Shown here: piece after piece, positions 8,784-18,816 of the stretch
Layout: the number at the start of each line of letters is the position of its first letter
How positions within the stretch are numbered: the first letter of the stretch is position 1
From: Barthelona sp. PCE
Lineage: Eukaryota
Length of the DNA stretch: 64,000 nt
Assembly: GCA_040285745.1 (NCBI GenBank)
Contig: JAUFOR010000004.1
Coordinates: 1-64,000, forward strand
Direction of reading: 5' to 3'
Notes under the pieces: generated by a model
Databases searched by the model: none
Told to the model about the DNA's origin: nothing
What the model saw: the letters and a program-made list of their open reading frames with translations, nothing else
Translations under genes and position numbers: made by a program

Positions 8784-10817
8784 TTACATGGATTCGCTAC
8801 GTTTAGAGTCAATAATCATCTTCAACCTATCCATTTCAGACGAATCATTTCGATGAATCATCAAGTATTGAGCACATTTGTGATAACAAAGCCAATACGA
8901 TCGTTCAAGGAGATATTCGGCAAATTTAACATCTTTAAGTTTAAGTGCAACACCAAACATCATGTTATGATAAGCTGATGTTATTGCAACGTCGGAAAAC
9001 GTCACATGTTTAAGGAAAGCAAAACCAAACGCTTCATCGTGTGCTGTATCAAAAAGAAGCATGTAAAAGGTAGCCACAATGAATCCGTCTGAGTTAAGAA
9101 TAACATCAAATATATGTGTGTCCGAAAGATACGTCCGAAGGTGATCAAGGCATGCCAGTTTGAGATGCCAAGACCAGTGAGATTTATGCCCAAGGTATTG
9201 GGGCAGCTCGCTGTGGAAAAGATCAATGTGTTTACCGCAGCAGTGCAATTCATTAGCGATTGAAAGGATAAGAACCTCTTCCTTGTAATCCTCAAAACAT
9301 ATATCATAGCATTCTATCAAGAGATCCATGGCACCTTGGCGAATAGATATGTCTGAATGTGTGTGAATAGCGTGTTGAAACAACAATATATCAATGCTGC
9401 TGCGCAAAGACTTGTTCTTGATACGCCTTATCCAAGGATGTTCATCTTCAAGCTGGGCGAATGTGTACGTACTTGCATTCATTAATAGCGTTGCAGTTGC
9501 CACTGTTAGTGTATTAAGTAACTCTGGAATGTCAAGTCGTGAGGAGAATTTTTTGAGTACGTCTGAGATAATCTCGAACTCGAACTCACCCCACAATTGC
9601 ATAATGTTTGTGTGTAGTTTAGCTACACTTTCAGGTTGTATGTCTGATGCAGAAATCGCATCAGCAACCAAATGAAACTTTCCAGCGCCAATTACAGTAT
9701 CTGTAAATATACGCCTAAAGTATACGCTTGTGAATGGATACACGTGATCCATAATGTTTTGAATCGCGCTTTGGTGTGCGCTTTGTACCCACTGTTGAAC
9801 AGAAGAAGAAAATGCAAACTCTAATTGTATTGAACGATGATTATTCAACAGATGAGCATTATTTGTCTGCATGTCATCAGCCAATGTTAAAGGGAATCTC
9901 TTGGAATGCAAAACTGAAACACCGCGTTTGGAAAGGAGAAAGACATCCAAGCATCCTTTTGTAGGTGCATTAATATCACTAAAATGCAAAAAGGGAGCAT
10001 AAAGCTCACCTAAATTGGAGGCGTCAAATGTATACTCACGGTTATTGATCAGGAACGAGAGACTTCCATCAACTTGACGCGTGAAACCACACAGCTGAAA
10101 ATCAGCGATAAAAAATGGAAAGAGTTCTTCTTCGAACTTAAAGACCTTGAATTCACCGATCTTTGACCTGCTCACATCAAAATCCATATAAAAGTAACAG
10201 GAATTATACGATAAGAAAGCAAATCGATCAACAAAGTGGGAGTGCATTGGCTTCTCACTAGTACCACTGTTGCCAATAGTTTTTAGAACATGAAACTTGT
10301 GCAAAACTTTGACATATCCACTAGTTGCAACATATAAATGATCATTATCAATAAAATGAACATTTTCAATACAGAATTGATCATTCAATCTAAATACTGA
10401 TTTAAACTCTTTTGCAAATGGTAACCAACTGCTTTTATAAGCATATATCTCATTCTTTGTGTTGAGATATACGTTGCAACTGTCATCAATTGCAATTCCT
10501 TGATATTCTGTAGAATTACATTCACATAATATGCTAACATCAAAATTTTCATAAACGAATACGCGATTCTCTGCCAAAATGTAAAACTTCCCATTCTTGT
10601 GGGCTATGGAACGTTTTGATTGGCATGCGGATTCAGAAAGATTCTTTGTGAAAAGTAATGTTCCGTTGAATGTGAAAACTAGCAATCGTGTGTAGTTTGT
10701 GACACAACAAAAGAGACAAAGCTCCGGAGAAAAGGCAAAAGCATCAAAAACCTCATATGTTGATAAGATACGATGTAGATTCAGTTCTCGAAGCGCAAAC
10801 GGGCAATAATTCGGCAT
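8784..10817 (-). CDS. Hypothetical protein (677 aa): N-terminal beta-propeller-like region and C-terminal alpha-helical region
   Basis: Long ORF with ATG. An NHL-like strand pattern (YQGIAIDDSCNVYL) lies in the first half and helical patterning in the second. No family confidently recognised. Confidence 0.75.
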   Translation of the reverse strand: MPNYCPFALRELNLHRILSTYEVFDAFAFSPELCLFCCVTNYTRLLVFTFNGTLLFTKNLSESACQSKRSIAHKNGKFYILAENRVFVYENFDVSILCECNSTEYQGIAIDDSCNVYLNTKNEIYAYKSSWLPFAKEFKSVFRLNDQFCIENVHFIDNDHLYVATSGYVKVLHKFHVLKTIGNSGTSEKPMHSHFVDRFAFLSYNSCYFYMDFDVSRSKIGEFKVFKFEEELFPFFIADFQLCGFTRQVDGSLSFLINNREYTFDASNLGELYAPFLHFSDINAPTKGCLDVFLLSKRGVSVLHSKRFPLTLADDMQTNNAHLLNNHRSIQLEFAFSSSVQQWVQSAHQSAIQNIMDHVYPFTSVYFRRIFTDTVIGAGKFHLVADAISASDIQPESVAKLHTNIMQLWGEFEFEIISDVLKKFSSRLDIPELLNTLTVATATLLMNASTYTFAQLEDEHPWIRRIKNKSLRSSIDILLFQHAIHTHSDISIRQGAMDLLIECYDICFEDYKEEVLILSIANELHCCGKHIDLFHSELPQYLGHKSHWSWHLKLACLDHLRTYLSDTHIFDVILNSDGFIVATFYMLLFDTAHDEAFGFAFLKHVTFSDVAITSAYHNMMFGVALKLKDVKFAEYLLERSYWLCYHKCAQYLMIHRNDSSEMDRLKMIIDSKRSESM

Positions 10818-11129
10818 CCTAATTTCGTCGCATTATAAAATAATGATATGGGAGAGAAATAAAAATATCAAGTCCGTTAGAGGCTATAATTTATTGAATA
10901 TTGCGCATACCCCGTAAATTTTGACACATATGATGATTTTCAAAGTTTAAAACATGTTTGAATTGCAGAAATTCAACAAAATTACTGTTTTCTATGCATC
11001 TTACCACCAATTGCAAGGAAAATGATTGCTAAGATCAAAATGATAGCTACCCAGGCAAGAAATGTGCTCATTTGATGAAGTTCAAAGTGGAAAGGAAAGA
11101 AAAAAAGCTTTGCAATGTTTAACGTTTTA

Positions 11130-11141
11130 CAACCCATTTCA
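11130..11141 (+). promoter_or_regulatory. Candidate core-promoter/initiator motif caacccatttca (identical copy at 30749..30760)
   Basis: The same 12-mer lies about 30 nt upstream of two ATGs (11175 and 30790). Similar words occur upstream of MCM5, AMT and RPB12. Confidence 0.3.
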
Positions 11142-11174
11142 GTACTTTGAAAACTTTCAGGGTTCTTACATTAC

Positions 11175-11645
11175 ATGTTAGTTACACAGGATTTAGCAGA
11201 CGCTTGGAATAGGAAAAAAAGTTGGAGTGAGTTTACTTATCGATTTGGTCCTCCTAAGAACAGTAGTTCACGATTGAGTTATAACTTCAGTGCTTATTCT
11301 GGTAATTATATGCGTATATTTTTATTATGCTGTTGTTTAAGCCTTTTTTTTAATTTCTTATTCTTCCTCACAATGGGAAGTTACTCAGTTTTATCCTTTA
11401 TGTACATGAAAAAGAACAGGCGTCGCAGATATGTGAAAATATTAGGAAAGAGGGTTAAGCCACTTTATTTAATGATTTTAGGTTTGATTTTATTGTTTTT
11501 GTTTAACATGAAGTTTGGACCATCCTTAATGCCCACAATATTCCTTCTTTGTGCTGCAATTGCAATTATTATTCTTCATGCATTGTTTAGGTTACGTCCC
11601 AAGTTGAAAGCAGTTGCACAAGATGTAGCATCCGCTTTTGAATAG
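11175..11645 (+). CDS. PRA1 (prenylated Rab acceptor) family membrane protein
   Basis: RLSYNFSAYSGNY before the first hydrophobic hairpin and IILHALFRLR after the second match the PRA1 R-x3-N-x3-Y-x2-NY and LHA-x-R motifs. Confidence 0.8.
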   Translation: MLVTQDLADAWNRKKSWSEFTYRFGPPKNSSSRLSYNFSAYSGNYMRIFLLCCCLSLFFNFLFFLTMGSYSVLSFMYMKKNRRRRYVKILGKRVKPLYLMILGLILLFLFNMKFGPSLMPTIFLLCAAIAIIILHALFRLRPKLKAVAQDVASAFE

Positions 11646-11787
11646 ATTCAATCCGTTTAAATTGTGAATAAATTGTTTATCAGTACTTTTTTGTTGAATT
11701 TTTTGCTAAAAACAATGCTTTTTCAATTGTGTATGTATCTAAAGGTATCAGAATCCTGATTCAGGACCTCATAATATAAGTTTTCGG

Positions 11788-14700
11788 ATGTTTTCAATTA
11801 TCTCACTTTTTTTCCCCATGATTGATAAACGAACGTTCGTTAATCAGTCAACATGGAACTTCTATTCCCTGATGCTGGGAATTCCAACGCTAATATTCTT
11901 AGTTGTTGGTTTATATTTCTTAAACAGCATTGCAGGTCATTGGATGCATCTGAAAGCCTATTTCAAAAAGAAAAAGACTCCACTTTGGTTGTCTATTCTA
12001 ATATTAAGTTGTATCCCTATTGCAGTCATTTTAGAAATTATTTTAGGTGTTCTTGTAATTACCAACGTTCAACCAATTCAACATGGTTGGCTCACGTTGT
12101 TTTTATTGATTGCATTCACTTTTATTGCAATTGGATGCATAATTTGGCTTGGTAAGAAGGGATTCTTTGCAATGTCAGTGAAAGTTTGTATCACTATTGG
12201 ATTTTTGGCAATTTATGCGCTTATGATTGTAGTGTCTTTGACTACTGATCCGTATTCGTTTATGACTTTGTCATTCACATTCTTTACCTTGAATCTTGTT
12301 TTTGTGAGTTTGACATTCTATTTCGCTGCTCCATCCGGGCGGCTCAATGTCAAGAACCTCGTTACTAACAACGACGCTCCAATAATCAACAGAACAAACG
12401 TTGGTGCTTCTGTCACTTGTTATTTACTCAGTATTCTAGTTCTTATTGTGTATTCCTTGATGCACAGCGCCAAGGACAGCAGCAGTAACGGTCTTGGCTG
12501 GGTCACAAGTGGAACTGTTATCTTTTGTGACGTGATTGTGTACTTGTACCCATCAAAGACAGGGATGCAGAACCCTTCGATATACTTTGTGTTGTTCGCC
12601 GCCATTCGTGCACTCATTGTTGGTTGTGGCTACAATTATTGGTTCGTCGGACACTCCGGTCTCTTCTTTTTGTTCTCCGTTTTCGTTGGCATTAAGATTA
12701 TCAGTTCGAATCTCAATCAGTCATCCGCCGGACAAGCACAGATTGCGTTGCTCCAGAAAAAGGATGCAATCCCTGCTGTCATTAAGTTGGGCGTTTTCAA
12801 CCTGCCCGTCTTTTTGTACTTTTTGTCTTTCTTTGTTTTCATCGTGGATATCTTCATTGCTTATTCGAAGCCTTCATTCGCCCAGATCCCCTCGATAAAG
12901 GCGATTGATTCGACACACGAGCAGTTCGAGTTTGGTATTGGTGCAATCGTTGCTTCAGTTCTAACGGTGCTCTTCTATGTTGTGCTTAAATATCTTTATT
13001 CTCTTTCATTTGATAGAGATAAGGAGTTACCAAAGGCAAGAAAGGAAAATTTTATTATCCTTTCGATTATAAGCGGTATTGCCTTTGTTCTTTCAGCTGT
13101 TGGTCTTTTCATCCTTACTAAATCATCATTCATGCTTCTCAGTGTCATGTTCGTTCCGATAATGATCGCTGTGGGTGCCATGGCATTCCTTCTCTTGAGG
13201 AGAAATGATTTCGAGTTTGTTAATCAGCAATACGCGTTTGTACGCAGGAATACAAGTCTTCTTATTTTCTGTGGCATCACATACTTTGTTTGCCAACTTC
13301 TTTACACTATTTTATCACTCATTGTATTAAAAGAGACATTCTACTGGTCAAGCAGTTTGTTCTTACCAACTGCGGTTTTGTGCTTTTCTTTCTTTATCAC
13401 TTGGTATTTCGTCGCGTTGGCTAAACCGTTCTGGATCTATATCGTTCTTGCTTTCGGTTTCGGCTCACTCGCCGGATTATACTTTTTGACAAGTGGAAGC
13501 ATTGGAAAGGGGTTTGCTGTATTATGGCCCATTATTGTCTTTATTCATTCACAGCGTCGTCTGTATAAGGAAGAGGGGTTGACTGGTGGTATGCGTATCC
13601 GTCTGTTCATTATTGTTGCACTCATTATCATTGGTTCGGTTATCGGATCCATTGTCGTTTACGATGATGTATTGCGAATGATCGCTACTCCTCTTGGTGT
13701 TTGTATTTTGCTAATAGCTGTTGGTATTGTAGCCTTCTACTTCTCACATGATCGTTTCCTTTACCCTTGGATGCGTACACTCGGTACAGGTTGCCTTGCC
13801 GCACTTGTTGTTCTGGGTCTCCTGGTCGGAGCACAGGGTGAGGGTATCTTCTGGGGTGTGAGTATCTCGCTTTCAGTTCTTTTCTTTGCATCACTTGTCC
13901 TTGGTGTGTCTGCGTTCCCGTTTTCGTCAACGGATATTTATAAGTACGTTTTCTCTCCTTCATCTGTATTCCCTGCGCTCGTCTATGATTCTAATACAAA
14001 GTCAATGAGCCGAAACACTAAATCGATTGGTCTCCTCTTTGTTTCCCTCGTGCTTTCAATGGGATGGGGTCTTTTTACTTCTGTGTGGATCAAACCCGTT
14101 CAGTTAGGTATGGGAGTTGTCTATGTATCCATGTCACTCATGCTTTCTGCAGCATGTCACCTGATACTGGCTCCTTCAATTCACATTTCAAAGGTTGCTA
14201 GTGTCATTAATCGTGATATTATAGCCAAGGCCGCCAATATGTCGGAGGCAAAGGCATTCAGCGGAACGGTAACTAAGAGTATTGTTGCTGGTATGTCTGC
14301 TTCTGAAAACAGCGATGTTGTTTTGGAAATGCCCAATGATGTTCTTAAGTTCGATGCTGATCACGTCAACGTTCAAGCGATGGATTGGGATACGTTGGTC
14401 GAACACTACAATCAATTCTACAAGGAACTCATGTATAAGGGTGGAGTTTATGTTGGTGTCTTCCTTGAGAGCTTTAACAAACAGTTAGAGGATTTGGATA
14501 ACATGCGTGAATTCCTGTCAATTCACTTTAAGCGTGAAGTATCTCCTGAAGAGATTGCCAAGTATTCTCAACATGAGCTCGATGAACTTCGGACAAAGTT
14601 CGAAGAATATATGAGCACTCTCCGTCAGGAAGAATTGGAAGAGCTTGAGGCTCGTCGTCTTGCTGAGGAACACGAACGTCGTAAGTTGGAGATGATCCAG

Positions 14701-17622
14701 CATCAGGAGAACATTCGCCGTCAGCAAGAGCAGGTCAATAACACCCAGCTTCAATTAGAAGAACAGTCTCGTCGTCGTCAGGAAGAACTTGAGGCTGAGC
14801 GTCTTCGTATCCAGGCTGAAATTTCTGAAATGAAGCGGAAAGCTCAACAGGAGGCTGAAGATGTGCGTCGAAAGGCAAATCAGGAAGCTGAAGAGGAGCT
14901 CCGCCGTATCCGTGAGGAGGAGGAGAGTAAGCGTTTGATTCGAGAGCAAGAACAGGAGCGCAAGCGTCTTCAAAAAGAAGAAGAGTTACGCAGAGAACGT
15001 CAACGTCTTGATGAAGAGAAAAGGCTTCTCGAGAAGCAGCGTGCTGAGAAGCAACGTAACATGGATCAGGCAAAAGTCGAGCTCGCAGCTCGTGTTGACA
15101 TTATGGTCAAGGAATATGGTAACTTGCTCACTGACTTGTCTGACCTTAAGCGTCAAGCTGGTGACTACCACACTCAGTATGAACACAAGAGTGCCAACAT
15201 CAAGAATGAATGTGATGAAAGTATTCGTGTGTTAAGCAAGTACTCACGTGAACACAACGTTAACTGGAGTGATGCAAAGTCCGAGTATAATCGTCTTGTT
15301 ACTGATATTTCTGGTGCTATCAGAGTATTTGATCAGATTCAATCAGCTGGAGCGCAGCTTCCCACTACTTCCGCTGTCGATCAGATGTTAGACTGCATCA
15401 TTGATGAAATCTCAATCTCAAGCTCAACCGAGATTACTGATAGTTTTGTACAACAGCATCTTGGTACTGGTGTCAACTCCATTGGGAATGCAGAGAACGA
15501 GATTAAAGCTGTTGATTCTGTTATTCGTGATCAGGTTGATGTGCTCACAACATATATTAACCAGTTCACCAAAGTTAGCGCTCGTCTTGCTGAGCTTGTA
15601 CTTAAGGTTAACGAGTCTATCAGACGTAAAGCCAATATCGAGGTCCAGCGTTCAGAGAACGAGGCTGAGATGCGTGATGAAGCCATTGCCGAAGTAATCA
15701 GTACCGGTAACAACTTTGCTACCTTATATGCTGATCTTCATGATCGTGTTGGAGACCTTATACTCCAGATCAAGGAGGCAAAGGTCGTACACTCGAAGAA
15801 GGCTGATATGATTGCCAACAAGCTCGATCTCCAAATCTCACTGTACGATGTCCCTGAAAACCTATACATGCACAAGTTTGATGAGGTAATGAATCGCTGT
15901 AAGGATATTTCACAGGCTGCATTCGCATTATCTGCATCCTTGATGGATCTTCAACTGCTTCAACATACATGCGATGACTACGCTAATGGTATTGATGAGA
16001 GTGCACCTCTGCGCACTTGTCCAGTTGGCTCCATCGAGGGTGTCAAGGCGTCCATCATTGCTAATGTTAAGAACGACTATGAATGTTCACTTGCTGAGAT
16101 TGATACAATCGAGGCTGGTTTCCGTTCTGAGTTATCGGTGATTGAATCTTCTCTCAAGGATACCCAGGACATCAGTGAGGAAGTTAAGAACTTTGTCATG
16201 AACTACATTCCTGAAGAAGAAGAAGAAGAGGTAGACATTACCGGTGGACCAAAGAGTGAAGATTTCTCTTTGTATAACATTCCACGCCCACTAAGCAAAC
16301 GACAGTTCACTGATGACAGATTCCCGCACAACAAGCAATGTCTAGGTAATTACAAGAGTATGAGCTCTGTTGGTAGTTTTGATCGTCTTAGTAACAAGGG
16401 TTACACCAAGACTTTCGATACTCCTGTTGAAGAGCTTCCTTATTCTGTGAAGCAGGGATATCTAGGCGATTGTTACTATCTTGCATCCCTTTCTTGTCTT
16501 GCGCTTTACCCCAAGCTATTGCGCCGTGTCTTTATCGAAGCCGATCCTGAGACAGGTTATTACAAGGTGCGTTTCTGGAAGAATGGAGAAGAGACCATTG
16601 TTGAAGTCGATGACTATGTTCCTCTCTATGATTGGGGTGGCGTTCTCTTTGGCCGCTCAACAAACGAGAAAGAAACATGGGTATCAGTTCTCGAAAAAGC
16701 TTATGCCAAGTTGCACTGCAGCTACGCTAACATTGCTTCTGGTTTTGTTTGTTTTGCTGTTGCTGATCTCACAGGTGGTATTGGCCAAATCCTTTCATTT
16801 AAAGATTTTAAGAGTGAAATATCTTCTGGTAAATTTTGGAAGCGTCTGGTTAACTACCAAGAAGCTAATTTCATACTTGGTGCAGGTTCCTTATCAGGTT
16901 CTGATACGAACTCCAAGGATGGTATTGTTAAAGGTCACGCTTATTCCATTCTTCAGGTGCGCGAGCTCCATTATGATGGTCGTCAGCACAAGCTCCTGCA
17001 GATGCGTAATCCTCATGCAAAGACTGAGCCCGAAAGTCTGCCCTTCAGTGACGGCGATTCTTCAGTCTGGACAAAGAAGCTTAAGAACTCTCTTGGTCAT
17101 AACCTTTGTAATGATGGTCTTTTCTGGATTCAGTACAGTGATTTCCTCAAGTACTTCAGAAACTTGTATGTTACAATGTTTGTTGATCAGACCGTCTTCG
17201 ATAAGCCTGGATTTAAGCGTACATCTATCAATGGCGCTTGGAGAGGTAAGTATGCTGGTGGTTGTTGTAATCACAGTACTTGGAAAAACAACGCCCAATG
17301 GCGTCTCACTCTTCGTGAACCCAGTGATGTCTGGGTATTACTTCGTCAAGAAGATGAACGTATGACAGGTAAGAAACACACTGCTATCGGTGTTTCTGTT
17401 TACAAACGTCGCAAGAACTTCCAAGGTTCTCTCACAAGTGCTTCTGGTGAATTTGCTGATTCAGGTTTAGTCTATTCACGTGAAGTGCTTTGCGAAACCA
17501 GTATTAACCCCAATGATGGTACTTTTATCATTGTTCCCACAACTTATGACAAGGGTGTTTCACGAAAGTTTAACTTGATTGTCATTACTCGTTGTGAACA
17601 TGAACTTGAACGTCTCAACTAA
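11788..17622 (+). CDS. DEK1-like transmembrane calpain (about 23 TM segments, long helical linker, CysPc, C2L/domain III); alternative start 11818
   Basis: Catalytic motifs VKQGYLGDC (Cys 16471), GHAYSI (His 16936) and MRNP (Asn 17008), plus WVSVLEKAYAKLH and DLTGG. Domain III motifs GAWRGKYAGGC, NAQWRL and IIVPTTY are present. About 23 hydrophobic segments counted by eye in the first ~800 aa. Confidence 0.92.
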   Translation: MFSIISLFFPMIDKRTFVNQSTWNFYSLMLGIPTLIFLVVGLYFLNSIAGHWMHLKAYFKKKKTPLWLSILILSCIPIAVILEIILGVLVITNVQPIQHGWLTLFLLIAFTFIAIGCIIWLGKKGFFAMSVKVCITIGFLAIYALMIVVSLTTDPYSFMTLSFTFFTLNLVFVSLTFYFAAPSGRLNVKNLVTNNDAPIINRTNVGASVTCYLLSILVLIVYSLMHSAKDSSSNGLGWVTSGTVIFCDVIVYLYPSKTGMQNPSIYFVLFAAIRALIVGCGYNYWFVGHSGLFFLFSVFVGIKIISSNLNQSSAGQAQIALLQKKDAIPAVIKLGVFNLPVFLYFLSFFVFIVDIFIAYSKPSFAQIPSIKAIDSTHEQFEFGIGAIVASVLTVLFYVVLKYLYSLSFDRDKELPKARKENFIILSIISGIAFVLSAVGLFILTKSSFMLLSVMFVPIMIAVGAMAFLLLRRNDFEFVNQQYAFVRRNTSLLIFCGITYFVCQLLYTILSLIVLKETFYWSSSLFLPTAVLCFSFFITWYFVALAKPFWIYIVLAFGFGSLAGLYFLTSGSIGKGFAVLWPIIVFIHSQRRLYKEEGLTGGMRIRLFIIVALIIIGSVIGSIVVYDDVLRMIATPLGVCILLIAVGIVAFYFSHDRFLYPWMRTLGTGCLAALVVLGLLVGAQGEGIFWGVSISLSVLFFASLVLGVSAFPFSSTDIYKYVFSPSSVFPALVYDSNTKSMSRNTKSIGLLFVSLVLSMGWGLFTSVWIKPVQLGMGVVYVSMSLMLSAACHLILAPSIHISKVASVINRDIIAKAANMSEAKAFSGTVTKSIVAGMSASENSDVVLEMPNDVLKFDADHVNVQAMDWDTLVEHYNQFYKELMYKGGVYVGVFLESFNKQLEDLDNMREFLSIHFKREVSPEEIAKYSQHELDELRTKFEEYMSTLRQEELEELEARRLAEEHERRKLEMIQHQENIRRQQEQVNNTQLQLEEQSRRRQEELEAERLRIQAEISEMKRKAQQEAEDVRRKANQEAEEELRRIREEEESKRLIREQEQERKRLQKEEELRRERQRLDEEKRLLEKQRAEKQRNMDQAKVELAARVDIMVKEYGNLLTDLSDLKRQAGDYHTQYEHKSANIKNECDESIRVLSKYSREHNVNWSDAKSEYNRLVTDISGAIRVFDQIQSAGAQLPTTSAVDQMLDCIIDEISISSSTEITDSFVQQHLGTGVNSIGNAENEIKAVDSVIRDQVDVLTTYINQFTKVSARLAELVLKVNESIRRKANIEVQRSENEAEMRDEAIAEVISTGNNFATLYADLHDRVGDLILQIKEAKVVHSKKADMIANKLDLQISLYDVPENLYMHKFDEVMNRCKDISQAAFALSASLMDLQLLQHTCDDYANGIDESAPLRTCPVGSIEGVKASIIANVKNDYECSLAEIDTIEAGFRSELSVIESSLKDTQDISEEVKNFVMNYIPEEEEEEVDITGGPKSEDFSLYNIPRPLSKRQFTDDRFPHNKQCLGNYKSMSSVGSFDRLSNKGYTKTFDTPVEELPYSVKQGYLGDCYYLASLSCLALYPKLLRRVFIEADPETGYYKVRFWKNGEETIVEVDDYVPLYDWGGVLFGRSTNEKETWVSVLEKAYAKLHCSYANIASGFVCFAVADLTGGIGQILSFKDFKSEISSGKFWKRLVNYQEANFILGAGSLSGSDTNSKDGIVKGHAYSILQVRELHYDGRQHKLLQMRNPHAKTEPESLPFSDGDSSVWTKKLKNSLGHNLCNDGLFWIQYSDFLKYFRNLYVTMFVDQTVFDKPGFKRTSINGAWRGKYAGGCCNHSTWKNNAQWRLTLREPSDVWVLLRQEDERMTGKKHTAIGVSVYKRRKNFQGSLTSASGEFADSGLVYSREVLCETSINPNDGTFIIVPTTYDKGVSRKFNLIVITRCEHELERLN

Positions 17623-17643
17623 GAGATTTTTTGTAAAATGGTT

Positions 17644-18816
17644 TTATTCGTATTTTTCTTCCCATGAATCTTTAAAAAATATATCATCACTAACTTCCCC
17701 ACTCATGCTCTCATAAGGGCTTATACTTTCATCATCTTCTTCCATTAAAACATTGCTTGACAATGGATCAACATACGTGAATCCATGAAATGCCTCATCA
17801 TCAACATGACTATTAATGGGTTCAACAAGACTTTCAGCTACAGGTAAGTTTGTGAACTGAGGATCAACATAGTTTGTGCTTGTCTTTGTGAGAATCTTTG
17901 GCTTAAATGGGCTACTTATCTTCAGTGCATATAGGTCTTCCCAGTTGATCTTGTTGAAGAACTCATGCTGCATGATTTCAATGGCGTCTCCTTCACCACC
18001 ACCTAGTCTCCTTGAAGGATCACGAGTTAAGAGACCTTGAAGAAGGGAGCGAGCATCGGGGGGAATATTTGCTGGGAATCGAAGCTCGGCTTGGAGAATC
18101 CGTTTGTACATGACACTCACATTTGAAGAATAGAATGGTGGGAGACCTGTTAGCATTTCATATAACAGAGTACCTAAACTCCACCAGTCAACAGCCTTAC
18201 CATAACCGCGCATTTCCAAAACTTCAGGTGCAAGGTATTCTGGAGTACCACAGAACGTTGTGGCATCGCATTCACCAGCTACATGCATCTTACTGAGTCC
18301 AAAGTCAGTAATTTTTATGTGTCCATCTTCGCTCAGTAGAATATTCTCTGGTTTAAGATCTCTGTATACAATATCGTTCTCATGTAGGTACTTTAGAACT
18401 AGGATGATTTCTGCTGCATATATTCTTGCACGATGAAGGTCGAATCGGAATTCTTTCTTAAGGTGGAAAAAAAGCTCTCCACCAATGACATATTCCATTA
18501 CAAGATAAAGTTTCTCTTTTGTTTGGAACGCATAATGTAAATTGACAATAAAAGGATGGTGAATTGTCTTCAAAATTTCACGTTCAGTGCGAGTATGAGC
18601 TATTTGATCTGTATCTACAATTTTCTTCTTTTTGAGTACCTTCATTGCAAAAATTTCACCTGTTCTCTTAAAACGAACCATGTAAACTTTACCAAAATTA
18701 CCTACACCAACAACACGTAAAGATATAAAATCATCTGGACCAATTTTGGAGTTATCAATACTCTTAATGATGGGATCTTCCTCTGGTTTGGGAATATTAC
18801 TTGGATTTGGTCCCAT
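17644..18816 (-). CDS. AGC Ser/Thr kinase of the Akt/SGK/S6K type, without a PH domain
   Basis: GVGNFGKV, FAMKVL, YRDLKPEN, DFG, activation loop TFCGTPEYLAPE and C-terminal hydrophobic motif FHGFTY. Confidence 0.95.
   Translation of the reverse strand: MGPNPSNIPKPEEDPIIKSIDNSKIGPDDFISLRVVGVGNFGKVYMVRFKRTGEIFAMKVLKKKKIVDTDQIAHTRTEREILKTIHHPFIVNLHYAFQTKEKLYLVMEYVIGGELFFHLKKEFRFDLHRARIYAAEIILVLKYLHENDIVYRDLKPENILLSEDGHIKITDFGLSKMHVAGECDATTFCGTPEYLAPEVLEMRGYGKAVDWWSLGTLLYEMLTGLPPFYSSNVSVMYKRILQAELRFPANIPPDARSLLQGLLTRDPSRRLGGGEGDAIEIMQHEFFNKINWEDLYALKISSPFKPKILTKTSTNYVDPQFTNLPVAESLVEPINSHVDDEAFHGFTYVDPLSSNVLMEEDDESISPYESMSGEVSDDIFFKDSWEEKYE

Noticed and set aside
8784-10817. Assignment of the 677-aa protein to APC4, VPS16 or RIC1-type propeller-plus-helical families
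   Set aside because: Only the general architecture fits and no diagnostic motif was recognised, so it is left as hypothetical.
5238-11766. Short palindromes tcctgatcagga (near 5238) and tcctgattcagga (near 11754)
   Set aside because: Only 6-bp arms and two instances, compatible with chance. No associated element was seen.
16481-17365. 294-aa alternative-frame ORF inside the calpain gene
   Set aside because: Non-ATG start, no recognisable motifs, and it fully overlaps the conserved CysPc domain. It is a shadow ORF.
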